Positions 16,945-25,671 of a stretch of 34,966 nucleotides of DNA are shown one piece after another. This DNA is from an uncultured Ruminococcus sp. Lineage in GTDB: Bacteria > Bacillota > Clostridia > Oscillospirales > CAG-272. The first letter of the stretch is position 1. Each line of letters opens with the position of its first letter. The notes beneath the pieces were generated by a model. The model searched no databases. It saw nothing but the letters and a program-made list of their open reading frames with translations, and was not told the DNA's origin. The stretch is from NCBI GenBank assembly GCA_902803255.1, contig CADCPG010000066.1, forward strand, positions 1 to 34,966, given 5' to 3'. Both the position numbers and the translations under genes were made by a program.

Positions 16945-17889
16945 ATGGACCGGTACGAAGTTATAAGGGACCTCATTGAGCGCCACGACAGGATAGCTAT
17001 ACACAGGCATACGAATCCCGACGGCGACGCCGTAGGCAGCCAGATCGGACTCAAGCACATAATACTCGACAATTACCCCGGGAAGACGGTAGTCTGCCCC
17101 GGAGATCCCCCCGGAAGGTATTCGTTCATGCCCGACTCGTCGCCCGACACCGTAGACGACTCCTTCTACGACGGAGCCCTGGCGATTGTGCTCGACACGT
17201 CGTCTGCGTCGCTCATAAGCGACGGCCGTTATGCCTCGGCAAAGACGTCTCTCAGGATCGACCACCACCTCTTCCTCGAGGAGATCTGCGGGACCGAGAT
17301 CGTCGACCCCACCTTCGAGAGCTGCTGCGGGATCATAGCCGACGCCTCGATATCGCTCGGCCTCAGGTTTTCGCCGCTTTCCGCCGGGCTGCTTTTCACC
17401 GGCATCGTGACAGACAGCGGGCGCTTCAGATACGATTCGGTGAACTCGAGGACCTTTGCCCTGGCGTCGAAGCTGATGGAGCAGGATTTCAGCACGAACG
17501 ATATATACAGGAATCTTTATTCCGACAGCTACCGCTCGATGGCAACACGCGCGAGCTTTCTGCTGAGAGTCAGATTCACCGAGCACAGGGTGGCTTATAT
17601 CTACTCGACGGCCGCCGACGTGGCCGAATCTGGCCTCGACAGCTTTTCGGCGTCTAGGGGGATGGTCGGAACGATGTCAGAGATCCGAGGGACCTGCATA
17701 TGGGTGAACTTCACCGAGTCGGACAGCGGGGTGCTGTGCGAGATACGGTCGTCGGACAGGAACATAAACGGAATAGCCGTGAAATACGGCGGAGGCGGAC
17801 ACGCCAAAGCCAGCGGAGCGACGCTTAAGGACAGGGAAGAGGCTATGAAGCTCCTCTCCGATCTCGACGCGCTCGCGGCATCCTGCTGA
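16945..17889 (+). CDS. DHH/DHHA1 family phosphoesterase (NrnA / Pde2-like), paralogue 1
   Basis: DHH motifs I-IV are present: HRHTNPDGDAVGS, IVLDTS, RIDHHL, GIVTDSGRFRY. The DHHA1 motif YGGGGHAKASGATL is also present. Confidence 0.88.
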   Translation: MDRYEVIRDLIERHDRIAIHRHTNPDGDAVGSQIGLKHIILDNYPGKTVVCPGDPPGRYSFMPDSSPDTVDDSFYDGALAIVLDTSSASLISDGRYASAKTSLRIDHHLFLEEICGTEIVDPTFESCCGIIADASISLGLRFSPLSAGLLFTGIVTDSGRFRYDSVNSRTFALASKLMEQDFSTNDIYRNLYSDSYRSMATRASFLLRVRFTEHRVAYIYSTAADVAESGLDSFSASRGMVGTMSEIRGTCIWVNFTESDSGVLCEIRSSDRNINGIAVKYGGGGHAKASGATLKDREEAMKLLSDLDALAASC

Positions 17890-18004
17890 CATATCCTCAG
17901 TCATTCGTCGCGGCAATTCGTTACCTTCCACAGGCACCTCCCGAAGACGGCTGGCGGTCGCACGTAACTGCTGATATTATCAGAATATATACGGAGAAAC
18001 TCTT

Positions 18005-19015
18005 ATGGAACGCACAGATGCCTTGAAGGCGATAATGGAGAAGATACTTGAATACGACAAGATCGTCATCAGCAGGCACATAAGGCCCGACGGCGATGCC
18101 GCAGGCTCGTCAGGAGGCCTCTGCGGGCTCCTCAGAGCGTCTTTCCCCGATAAGACAGTCATCGTATGCAACTCTGACAGGTCGCGCAAGATGGGCTTCC
18201 TTTCCGTCCCTGAGACGTCTCCCGGTGAGCTCCCCGAAGGCTGGTTCGGCGACGCCCTCGCTATCGTCACAGACACGGCGACGTCTGACCGCATATCTAA
18301 CCCCCGCATATCCGAAGCCGGCTTCATTATCAAGATCGACCACCACATCGACACCGAGCGGTACGGTGACATTAACTGGATTGAAGACGGACGCGCCTCA
18401 TGCAGCGAGATGATAGCGATCTTCGCCTCGGCCTTTCCCGACCGGCTGAAGCTGACGCCGGAGGCGGCGGCCTGCCTCTATACCGGCATCGTCACCGACA
18501 CCGGCCGCTTCAGGCACCGCGGGGTCGACGCCGAGACTTTCGGTGCTGCTGCGTTCCTTCTGGGTTCGGGTATCGACACCGAGAAGATCTACGCCGAACT
18601 CTATCTCGACGACATATCCTTCCTCAAATACAAGTCGGCGGTATACGATTCGATCGAACTCACTCCGAACGGCGTCGCCTATGTCTTCATACCTCTTTCG
18701 ATGCGCGACAGGTTCGGACTTGACGCCGAGTCGGCGTCCCTCGCCGTTTCCTTCCTCGAATCGATCAGAGGGAGCCTCATCTGGATTGCTTTCATTGAGA
18801 ACGGCAGCGACGACCCCGCAGGAGCCGGTACGGTGCGCGTCAGGCTCCGTTCAAGATTTCTGGATATAGATGCCGTAGCCGCGAAGTACGGAGGCGGAGG
18901 GCACGCCAGAGCCGCAGGAGCGACGCTCCGCGACAGGGAGGAGATAACTGACGTACTTGCAGACGCCGACCGGCTGCTCGGAGAATTCAAATCCTCCAAC
19001 GCTGATCTTATCTGA
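18005..19015 (+). CDS. DHH/DHHA1 family phosphoesterase (NrnA / Pde2-like), paralogue 2
   Basis: SRHIRPDGDAAGS, IVTDTA, KIDHHID, GIVTDTGRFRH and YGGGGHARAAGATL give the same architecture as the preceding gene, but the sequence is clearly diverged. Confidence 0.88.
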   Translation: MERTDALKAIMEKILEYDKIVISRHIRPDGDAAGSSGGLCGLLRASFPDKTVIVCNSDRSRKMGFLSVPETSPGELPEGWFGDALAIVTDTATSDRISNPRISEAGFIIKIDHHIDTERYGDINWIEDGRASCSEMIAIFASAFPDRLKLTPEAAACLYTGIVTDTGRFRHRGVDAETFGAAAFLLGSGIDTEKIYAELYLDDISFLKYKSAVYDSIELTPNGVAYVFIPLSMRDRFGLDAESASLAVSFLESIRGSLIWIAFIENGSDDPAGAGTVRVRLRSRFLDIDAVAAKYGGGGHARAAGATLRDREEITDVLADADRLLGEFKSSNADLI

Positions 19016-19041
19016 TATCAGTATAAACAGTTCCCCGTTAT

Positions 19042-19086
19042 AAAAACATCCCCGGGACCGCGGCATTGCCGCGTCCCGGGGCTTTT
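19042..19086. terminator. Bidirectional intrinsic terminator between convergent units
   Basis: GC-rich hairpin at 19050-19081 (14 bp, one bulged C, ATT loop), flanked by AAAAA (19042-19046) and TTTT (19083-19086). Confidence 0.75.
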
Positions 19087-19102
19087 CGGCCGGGAGGCCG
19101 TC

Positions 19103-20881
19103 TTACTGCTTTTCGACCGCGGTGAAGAGGTATGCGGGGAACTGAGTCACGCCTACGTTCTTCGCGTTTTCGCCTGTGATGTACGATGTGGCGCTCGCGC
19201 TGATCGTGCTGTAGGTGTTGTACGTGCCGAGATATCTGTCGCTTCCGGCGACGTTCGCGATGAGCACGGCGCTTCCGGCATCGAAGGTATATACGGCGGA
19301 CGGAGTGTCGGTGATCCTGACGCCTGCCTTGCCGGCGGTATACTCGTAGATGTCGAGATAGTTCTTCTTGCCGTCCTTCATGAAGTACATGCGGTATCCG
19401 CCGTCCTGAGCCTCGAGGAAGACGTCGACGCCCTTCTCGACCTTTTCTTCAAGCGCGAAGTAGTTGCCGCTCATCTCTCCGCTGAACCAGAGGTCCTTTT
19501 CGAGCTTGGCCTGGGTGAGACCGAACTTGTATGCCTTGCCGGTCTCGGGTGTCGTGACTTTGGTCACGGTGTACTCCTTGGCGGAGGCAGCGTCGACCGT
19601 CACGATGTAGTCGGCGGTCGCCGTCTCGGTGCCGCACTTGAAGGTGGCTGTAAGCTTGACCTTGGTCTCGGCGGCCGGGAGCTTCACGGTGAGCTTTCCG
19701 CCGCTGACCGCGGCGCAGGCGTTGTCGGACGCGTAGCTGATCGCGACGTCGGTGTAGCTCTTGCCTGTGGTCTGCAGATCGATGTCGCCGTCCTTCGTCA
19801 CCTTTTCGGGGACGGTGAGGTTGGCTTTTTCAAATTCGATCTTTTCGGCCGCGGTCTTCTCGCCGAGCGCCTTGTACTCGAAGGCGTCCTTCGTGACGGG
19901 AGTGAGATAGAAGGCTCCGTCGTAAACGCATACTACGCCTGTCGCGTCGGCGGTCCAGCCGAGGTGCTCGGCGTGTGCCTTCTTGAAGGCTTCGGCGTCT
20001 TCCTTTGTGAGCGGGCAGACGGAGGAGGAGATCCTGATGTAGGACTCGAGCTCGCCGAGCTTGAATTTGTAATAGCCGCTGCCGGCGTCCTCACCGGTGA
20101 TCTCGACGCCCTTGATCGTGACGAGCGCGGCCTGTTTGCCGGTGAGAGCCTCGTCCTTGAGCGATTTGGCGTTCTTGAAGGCTTCGGTGTAGTCCGCCGG
20201 TGTGACGGCTTCGCCGTCGCCGGTCTTTTCGACGGTCGCGTCGATTATTTCAAGCGTTCCGTTGTATGTGTCTTTTTTGCCGGTGATCGATACGGTCGAG
20301 CCGGCGGCAAGGCCGAGGTCGGCCACAGGGTCGGCTGACATGTTGTAGACGTAGTAGCCTCCGCCGACGCCCTCCACGTAGAGTCCGTTCGACGAATTGC
20401 CTTTCGATTTTGCTATGATGCCGGTGACGGTGCCCCTGACGACCACGGGCGCTTTGTTCTCGGCCGCCGCAAATTCGGCATAGCCGGATTCGGCATACGC
20501 GGGGATCGTGTAGTCGAAGGAGAGGTCGGTCTTGTTGCCTTCGGCGTCTGAGAGCGTCGCGGTGAGTTTGTATTTCACCTCTTCAGGTGTCTTTTCGTCG
20601 ACGTCGATCGAGGCGAACTTGCCGTCGTCGGTGATCGCCACCTTGTCGGAGTCGGCCGACCAGGTCACTTTGTAGTCGTTGTCGCCTATGCGGACAACGC
20701 TGACTCTCCTGAAATCGGAAGGTGTCACGGCGGGTTCATTCTTGTACATCTCGAACAGATAGCTGCGGGCCGATTCGAGAGTGGACGACGGTCCGTCGGG
20801 CTTATCGGTCTTGCACCCGGCAAGACTTAAGATCAGCATCAGCGCGCAGAGAGCGATGCAGATCATACTTCTTTTCTTCAT
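19103..20881 (-). CDS. Surface lipoprotein with Ig-like and OB-fold-like modules (function unknown)
   Basis: Signal peptide MKKRSMICIALCALMLILSLAGC (lipobox LAGC). OB-like module VVRGTVTGIIAKS...GLYVEG...GSTVSITGKKDTYNGTLEI. Two Ig-like segments (YKVTWSADSDKV...KYKLTATL and KVKLTATFKCG...YIVTV). No catalytic motif recognised. Confidence 0.7.
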   Translation of the reverse strand: MKKRSMICIALCALMLILSLAGCKTDKPDGPSSTLESARSYLFEMYKNEPAVTPSDFRRVSVVRIGDNDYKVTWSADSDKVAITDDGKFASIDVDEKTPEEVKYKLTATLSDAEGNKTDLSFDYTIPAYAESGYAEFAAAENKAPVVVRGTVTGIIAKSKGNSSNGLYVEGVGGGYYVYNMSADPVADLGLAAGSTVSITGKKDTYNGTLEIIDATVEKTGDGEAVTPADYTEAFKNAKSLKDEALTGKQAALVTIKGVEITGEDAGSGYYKFKLGELESYIRISSSVCPLTKEDAEAFKKAHAEHLGWTADATGVVCVYDGAFYLTPVTKDAFEYKALGEKTAAEKIEFEKANLTVPEKVTKDGDIDLQTTGKSYTDVAISYASDNACAAVSGGKLTVKLPAAETKVKLTATFKCGTETATADYIVTVDAASAKEYTVTKVTTPETGKAYKFGLTQAKLEKDLWFSGEMSGNYFALEEKVEKGVDVFLEAQDGGYRMYFMKDGKKNYLDIYEYTAGKAGVRITDTPSAVYTFDAGSAVLIANVAGSDRYLGTYNTYSTISASATSYITGENAKNVGVTQFPAYLFTAVEKQ

Positions 20882-20942
20882 TGATCATTTCTGCCTTTCG
20901 TTATGTGTGATTTGTAAAAGCACGGACGGGGCGGCGCGGTGC

Positions 20943-22310
20943 TCAGCCGGCGACGGTGATGTCGGAGGGGGTGAAGACCTTGATCTGATAATTGCCGTCG
21001 TATTTGTCTATCATGCCCCTGACTCCGATCGTCTTACCCTCGTATTCCTTCGCGGTGACGAGTTCACCCGATGAGTCGCGGAGGACGGCGGTGCGGACGG
21101 TGAATGTGCTGCCGCCGGCCTCGACGGTCAGAGTCATCGCTCCGTACTGGGAGCTTTCGGTGTTGTCTGTCGTATAGACGCTCACGACCTTCAGGCCGTC
21201 CATCGACACCGTTGTGTTGACCGAGAGCTCGGCGAGACGGTATTTCTGCACCTTCCCGTCGGAGTCGGTGATCTCGACCTCAGAGGAGGTGAGCTCCTCG
21301 GGAGTGAGCTTTACGAACGCCGGAGCGAAGCCGTCGCCGATCTTCTGGATGTTGCCGGGGTCGTCGGGCTTCATCTGACGGTAGGTGAGTCCGCTTACCT
21401 GCCAGCTGTCGCCCGCTTCGTAGTACTGTACCGTGCCCACGATGCGCGAGCGGTTGCCGACCGAGAGGATCTCGAGGCCCTCTCCCGACAGACCGTAGCC
21501 GTAATAAACCGTCATACCGAAGTAGATGCCCGATTCGGCGTCATAGTCCTCGACGTATACGGTATTGGAGTTGTTGATCGTGATGACGCCTTCGAAAGCC
21601 ACCTTCTTGCCGTTGTAGTCGGACACGTGCAGGCGAAGCTCGCGAAGCGTCAGCTCGACGGCGTCTCCGTAGTAGAAATCGGGGTCGCGTTTTCCCGAGT
21701 GGATGTTGAGTTTCTGCGCCTTCGCCTGGGCGATCGCCGCGGTGCAGGTGCTTCCGTAGATGTTGTTGGCCGACGACGAGGCGATCGCGAGCCCGTTCTG
21801 CAGGATCTCGATGTTCAGGTTCCGGTAATCGCTGCTGTTCGGCGTCCTGTACCAGACCCATACGAGGTATCTGCCGCCCGTGGAGTCGGCGTTCCATTCG
21901 GCGGTATCCGATTCGATGTAGATCGACGAGGCTCCTGAGAGCTTTTCTTTGGTGAAATCGGAGGCCTTCTTGCCCCACTCCTCGATCTTGCCGGTCGATT
22001 CGGGGGTGTTGATGGCTATGTATCTCGCCTTGAACAGGCCCGATTCCATGACGGTCTCAGGGACGTTGAAATGGGTGGTGTCGCCGTCGACAAAGGTGTG
22101 GACGGTGACTTCCTGCTTCTTCGTGGCGGTCCCGCCGATGTCGAGCTTCACCTCGGCCGCGTAGTCCTTCACGTCTCCGGACTGGGGGCTGTCGGTGCCG
22201 CCGTCGCTCCCGCCCGTACTCTTGCAGGAGGAAAGGAGGAGCGGCAGCATGACGAATGCGGCCAGCAGACACGATATTAGCGCTGAACGCGCCTTTTTTA
22301 TGTGTGGCAT
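20943..22310 (-). CDS. Thermonuclease (staphylococcal nuclease, SNase) family lipoprotein with a C-terminal OB-fold-like domain
   Basis: Lipobox LLLSSC. SNase core motifs VDGDTTHF, KARYIAINTPES, GGRYLVWVW and NIEILQNGLA. The ATG at 22310 is preferred over the TTG at 22319 where the ORF track opens. Confidence 0.85.
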   Translation of the reverse strand: MPHIKKARSALISCLLAAFVMLPLLLSSCKSTGGSDGGTDSPQSGDVKDYAAEVKLDIGGTATKKQEVTVHTFVDGDTTHFNVPETVMESGLFKARYIAINTPESTGKIEEWGKKASDFTKEKLSGASSIYIESDTAEWNADSTGGRYLVWVWYRTPNSSDYRNLNIEILQNGLAIASSSANNIYGSTCTAAIAQAKAQKLNIHSGKRDPDFYYGDAVELTLRELRLHVSDYNGKKVAFEGVITINNSNTVYVEDYDAESGIYFGMTVYYGYGLSGEGLEILSVGNRSRIVGTVQYYEAGDSWQVSGLTYRQMKPDDPGNIQKIGDGFAPAFVKLTPEELTSSEVEITDSDGKVQKYRLAELSVNTTVSMDGLKVVSVYTTDNTESSQYGAMTLTVEAGGSTFTVRTAVLRDSSGELVTAKEYEGKTIGVRGMIDKYDGNYQIKVFTPSDITVAG

Positions 22311-22341
22311 TTTGTTCAAATGAGTCGGGCCGCGGCGGGGA

Positions 22342-23760
22342 TCAGCCGTTGTACTCGCACTCGTCGATCGCGTCGGCGAATGCCTTGTCGATCGCGGCGT
22401 CGAGGTTCGCTCCGCCGTCGAGAGTGAGGCACTTCACGAGCAGAGCGCCGACCTGGTCTCTGGCCGTCGAGGAGCCCTTGAAGGCGGGAGAGGTGTAGTA
22501 GGCGGATTCCTGATCAAGGCAGACCTTGGCGGAGAGAGCCGAGATATAGCTGCCGCCGTCGGCCTTCTCAAGGAATGCGGCGTACTGCGGGTTGTCCTTG
22601 ACCGACTTGATGACGGGAACGTAGCCCGACGCCATCGAGAATTCGGCCTGGAATTCGACGCTCGTGGTGAGGAATTTCACGAAGAGCCACGACGCGATGA
22701 CTTCCTGGGGATCGGCTTTCTTGAATATGCAGATCGAGGGGCCCTGGGAGATGACCTTCGGGTTCGACGCGTCGACCTGAGGGACGCTGGCGATGCCTAC
22801 TTCGAACGGATACTTTCCGTCAGCTCCGGCAGCGGGACGCTGATGCGTTGCTCCGGCGGACGAACCGATCGACATGTAGCTCTTCGTGCCGCTCTCGGCG
22901 GTGAAGAGTCCGGAGGTGTAGGAACCGTAGAGCGACTGAGTGGTGAGGTAGGACGACTGATACCAGTTCCTGAACGTCTTGATGAATTCCTTGTTCTTCG
23001 CGTTGTTGAAGAGATAGTGGTCGCCTGTCGCGGAGGTGTAGGGCGAGCCGTACTGTTCGCACATCGTGATGAACCAGTTCGCCTCGGAGTCGTATCCGAG
23101 CGGGATCGATCCGGGGTCGATCTCCTTTATCTTCCTGCAGACATCCTCGAGCTCGGTCCATGTCGTCGGGACCTTGAGGCCGTTCTGATCGAAGAAGGTC
23201 TTGTTGTAGTAGAGGACCTCGGTGGACTTTGAGAAGGGCATCGAGTACATGAGACCGTCGCCGAACTGTCTGCCTTCCTCGTAATAGCCTTTGATGAAGT
23301 CGGCCTTCTGTTCGTCGGTGAGGCCGAGGATCTCGGTAGAGCCGTCGGCTCTGTTGACGGTGAGCTTGCTGTCGATCAGGTTGTCGAGCGTGGCGACGGC
23401 TCCGGCGATGTTGTACAGAGCCACATGGTCGGGATAGCAGTAGGCGAGGCTCGGCTGTCCGCCGACCGTGATCTCGGTGGAGATCTGGTCTCTCACGTCG
23501 TCATATCCTCCGACCTGTTCGGATACCACTGTGATGTTAGGATAGAGTTTGTTGAACTCCTCGATGTATATGTTGAGAACATCGGAGAGATTCGAGCCCA
23601 TCGTGTGGTAGAAGGTGATCGTGACGGGAGAACCGCTGTATCCGCCTTCCGGGACTTCGAAGTTCGGGATCGCCCTCTTCGGCGAGCAGGCCGCGAACGA
23701 AGCGAGAGCGAGGACGGCCAGCATCATGACCGCCGCGATTTTGAGCATTCTTTTCTTCAT
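22342..23760 (-). CDS. ABC transporter substrate-binding lipoprotein (family 1, CUT1/Ugp type)
   Basis: Signal peptide MKKRMLKIAAVMMLAVLALASFAAC (lipobox). The mature protein of about 450 aa has a sugar-type SBP character and lies directly downstream of the MalF/MalG-type permeases. The ORF also opens 9 codons earlier, at 23787. Confidence 0.85.
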   Translation of the reverse strand: MKKRMLKIAAVMMLAVLALASFAACSPKRAIPNFEVPEGGYSGSPVTITFYHTMGSNLSDVLNIYIEEFNKLYPNITVVSEQVGGYDDVRDQISTEITVGGQPSLAYCYPDHVALYNIAGAVATLDNLIDSKLTVNRADGSTEILGLTDEQKADFIKGYYEEGRQFGDGLMYSMPFSKSTEVLYYNKTFFDQNGLKVPTTWTELEDVCRKIKEIDPGSIPLGYDSEANWFITMCEQYGSPYTSATGDHYLFNNAKNKEFIKTFRNWYQSSYLTTQSLYGSYTSGLFTAESGTKSYMSIGSSAGATHQRPAAGADGKYPFEVGIASVPQVDASNPKVISQGPSICIFKKADPQEVIASWLFVKFLTTSVEFQAEFSMASGYVPVIKSVKDNPQYAAFLEKADGGSYISALSAKVCLDQESAYYTSPAFKGSSTARDQVGALLVKCLTLDGGANLDAAIDKAFADAIDECEYNG

Positions 23761-23796
23761 TGTGTTTACCGTTCCCTGATGTGACATCGCCGGGCG

Positions 23797-24693
23797 TCAG
23801 CCCTTTATACCGCTTCTGGAAACGCCTTTCATAATGTATTTTCTGAGGAAAACGAATACGAGGAAGAGCGGGATCGAGACGAGCGCGACAGCGGCCATCT
23901 GGACCGGGAAGTTCGTCGTGCCGTCATCGTAGACCAGGTTCATTGAACGCAGTCCGTTCGTGATGAGCTTGTGTGCCTCGTCGTTGGCGACCAGGCGCGG
24001 CCAGATATACGAGTTCCAGGCTCCCATCATCTTGAGTATCGTGATCGAGATCAGCGTCGGCAGCGACAGCGGGACCATGACCTTCCACAGGTACTTGATG
24101 TCGGACGTCCCGTCGACCTTGGCGGCCAGATACAGCTCGTCCGGGATCTGGAGAAAGTTCTGCCGGAGCAGATAGATGTAGAATACGCTCACGAGGAAGG
24201 GGATAATCAGGACGCGGTAGGTGTGCATCCAGTCGAGCTCGTTGACCGTTATGTAGTTCGTGATGGTGAAGAGCTCGCCGGGGATCATCATCGTGGCGAG
24301 CATCCCGGCGAACAGGATGTTCTTTCCCCTGAACTCGAGCCTTGCCAGCGCGAACGCGGTGATGACGGTGATCACGAGCGAGAGGAGCGTCGAAGATACG
24401 CCGACTATCATCGTGTTTACGAACAGACGGCCGAGATTTCCGGCCCTGAAGGCTTCCGCGTAGTTGGAGAACATGAACTTGCGCGGGATGAATGTCGGGA
24501 CGCTGAGCTCGTATTCCTCTCTGTCCTTGAGCGACGAGTTGATCATCCAGTAGAACGGGAAGATGACGGCCAGCGCGATGACGATCAGGAAAAAGTAGAC
24601 AAGTATCTTTGAGATTATGACGGATACCCGCTGTCCGCGCTTGACGCCGGACATGTCCTTTGCCGACATTACGTGATTCGTGTTTTCAGACAT
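23797..24693 (-). CDS. ABC transporter permease (MalG/UgpE-like, CUT1)
   Basis: Six-TM-type protein with the EAA loop DELYLAAKVDGTSDIKYLWKVMVPLSLP. Confidence 0.9.
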   Translation of the reverse strand: MSENTNHVMSAKDMSGVKRGQRVSVIISKILVYFFLIVIALAVIFPFYWMINSSLKDREEYELSVPTFIPRKFMFSNYAEAFRAGNLGRLFVNTMIVGVSSTLLSLVITVITAFALARLEFRGKNILFAGMLATMMIPGELFTITNYITVNELDWMHTYRVLIIPFLVSVFYIYLLRQNFLQIPDELYLAAKVDGTSDIKYLWKVMVPLSLPTLISITILKMMGAWNSYIWPRLVANDEAHKLITNGLRSMNLVYDDGTTNFPVQMAAVALVSIPLFLVFVFLRKYIMKGVSRSGIKG

Positions 24694-24702
24694 GGCGGCA
24701 CC

Positions 24703-25659
24703 TCAATAGTGTGTTCTTTTCCTGCTGACGTACAGGTTTATCATGGTCACTATGAAAATAATGACGAAGAGTATGAGAGCTGCGGCCGAAGCGCGTCCCT
24801 GGTTGTCGTTCTCGAGCGCGTCGTAGATGAATCCGACCATCGTGTTGAGGCGCTTCGAGTCTCCCACGGGTCCCATCTCGGGTCCGAATACGCCGACCAC
24901 GCTCGAATACTCCTTGAATCCGCCGATGAATCCGGTGATAACGACATAGGCGATCATGGGGGAGAGCAGCGGCACGGTGATGCGGAAGAAGGTCCTGACG
25001 CGCGACGTACCGTCGACCTTGGCGGCGTCGTAGTACTGCTTGTTGACGCTCTGCAGACCGCCGAGCAGCACGAGGATCTTGAAGGGCAGGGCGTTCCAGA
25101 CTATATAGATGACCATGACCGCGATATTGGCGGCGTAGGTCGAGCCGGCGTTGATCCATACGATCGGCTGACCGCCGAAGAACTCGATGATGTTGTTTAT
25201 GATGCCGGCCGTAACGATGATGTTGGATGAGTTCCCGAGGTCAGGGCTGACTATCGTACCGACGATGTTGAACATCGCGGCGAAGACCATACCTATGGCG
25301 ATCGAGTTTGTAACGTACGGAAGGAAGTAGATCGTCTGAAGGAACCGGTTGAGGAACTTGATCGAGTTGAGGCAGACCGAGATGAGCAGTGCCAGCATGG
25401 TCGAGATCGGGACGGTGAGCACGCAGAGCAGCATCGTCGTGGTCAGACACGACAGGAACCTCTTATACTGCAGGACCTTGACGAAGTTGGCGATGCCGAC
25501 CTTGAAGACGGTCCCTCCGTGCTCGCTCATCAGTCCGTAGTCGTTGAGGAAAGCCATCCGGATGGTGTTGATCATAGGCCAGAGGGTGAACACTGCCATG
25601 AGGATCAGCGCCGGAGCCAGGTAGATCCAGGCCTTCCACTGACGTTTGTTGTATACCAT
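24703..25659 (-). CDS. ABC transporter permease (MalF/UgpA-like, CUT1)
   Basis: Polytopic protein with the EAA loop YYDAAKVDGTSRVRTFFRITVPLLSP. Confidence 0.9.
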   Translation of the reverse strand: MVYNKRQWKAWIYLAPALILMAVFTLWPMINTIRMAFLNDYGLMSEHGGTVFKVGIANFVKVLQYKRFLSCLTTTMLLCVLTVPISTMLALLISVCLNSIKFLNRFLQTIYFLPYVTNSIAIGMVFAAMFNIVGTIVSPDLGNSSNIIVTAGIINNIIEFFGGQPIVWINAGSTYAANIAVMVIYIVWNALPFKILVLLGGLQSVNKQYYDAAKVDGTSRVRTFFRITVPLLSPMIAYVVITGFIGGFKEYSSVVGVFGPEMGPVGDSKRLNTMVGFIYDALENDNQGRASAAALILFVIIFIVTMINLYVSRKRTHY

Positions 25660-25671
25660 TCCCGACCTCCG

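Noticed and set aside
16685-17072. Three small ORFs (16685-16867 +, 16720-16926 +, 16740-17072 -) in the region between the flavodoxin and DHH genes.
   Set aside because: They run through the tRNA-Pro gene and the two promoters. The region is fully explained by the tRNA, its terminator and the divergent promoters.
19016-19102. Convergence of a 19-kb + strand block and a 15-kb - strand block as a possible replication terminus or dif site.
   Set aside because: I could find no dif-like XerC/XerD sequence in the spacer, which is explained by the bidirectional terminator. G over C excess follows the coding strand on both sides, so it is not informative without genome-wide cumulative skew.
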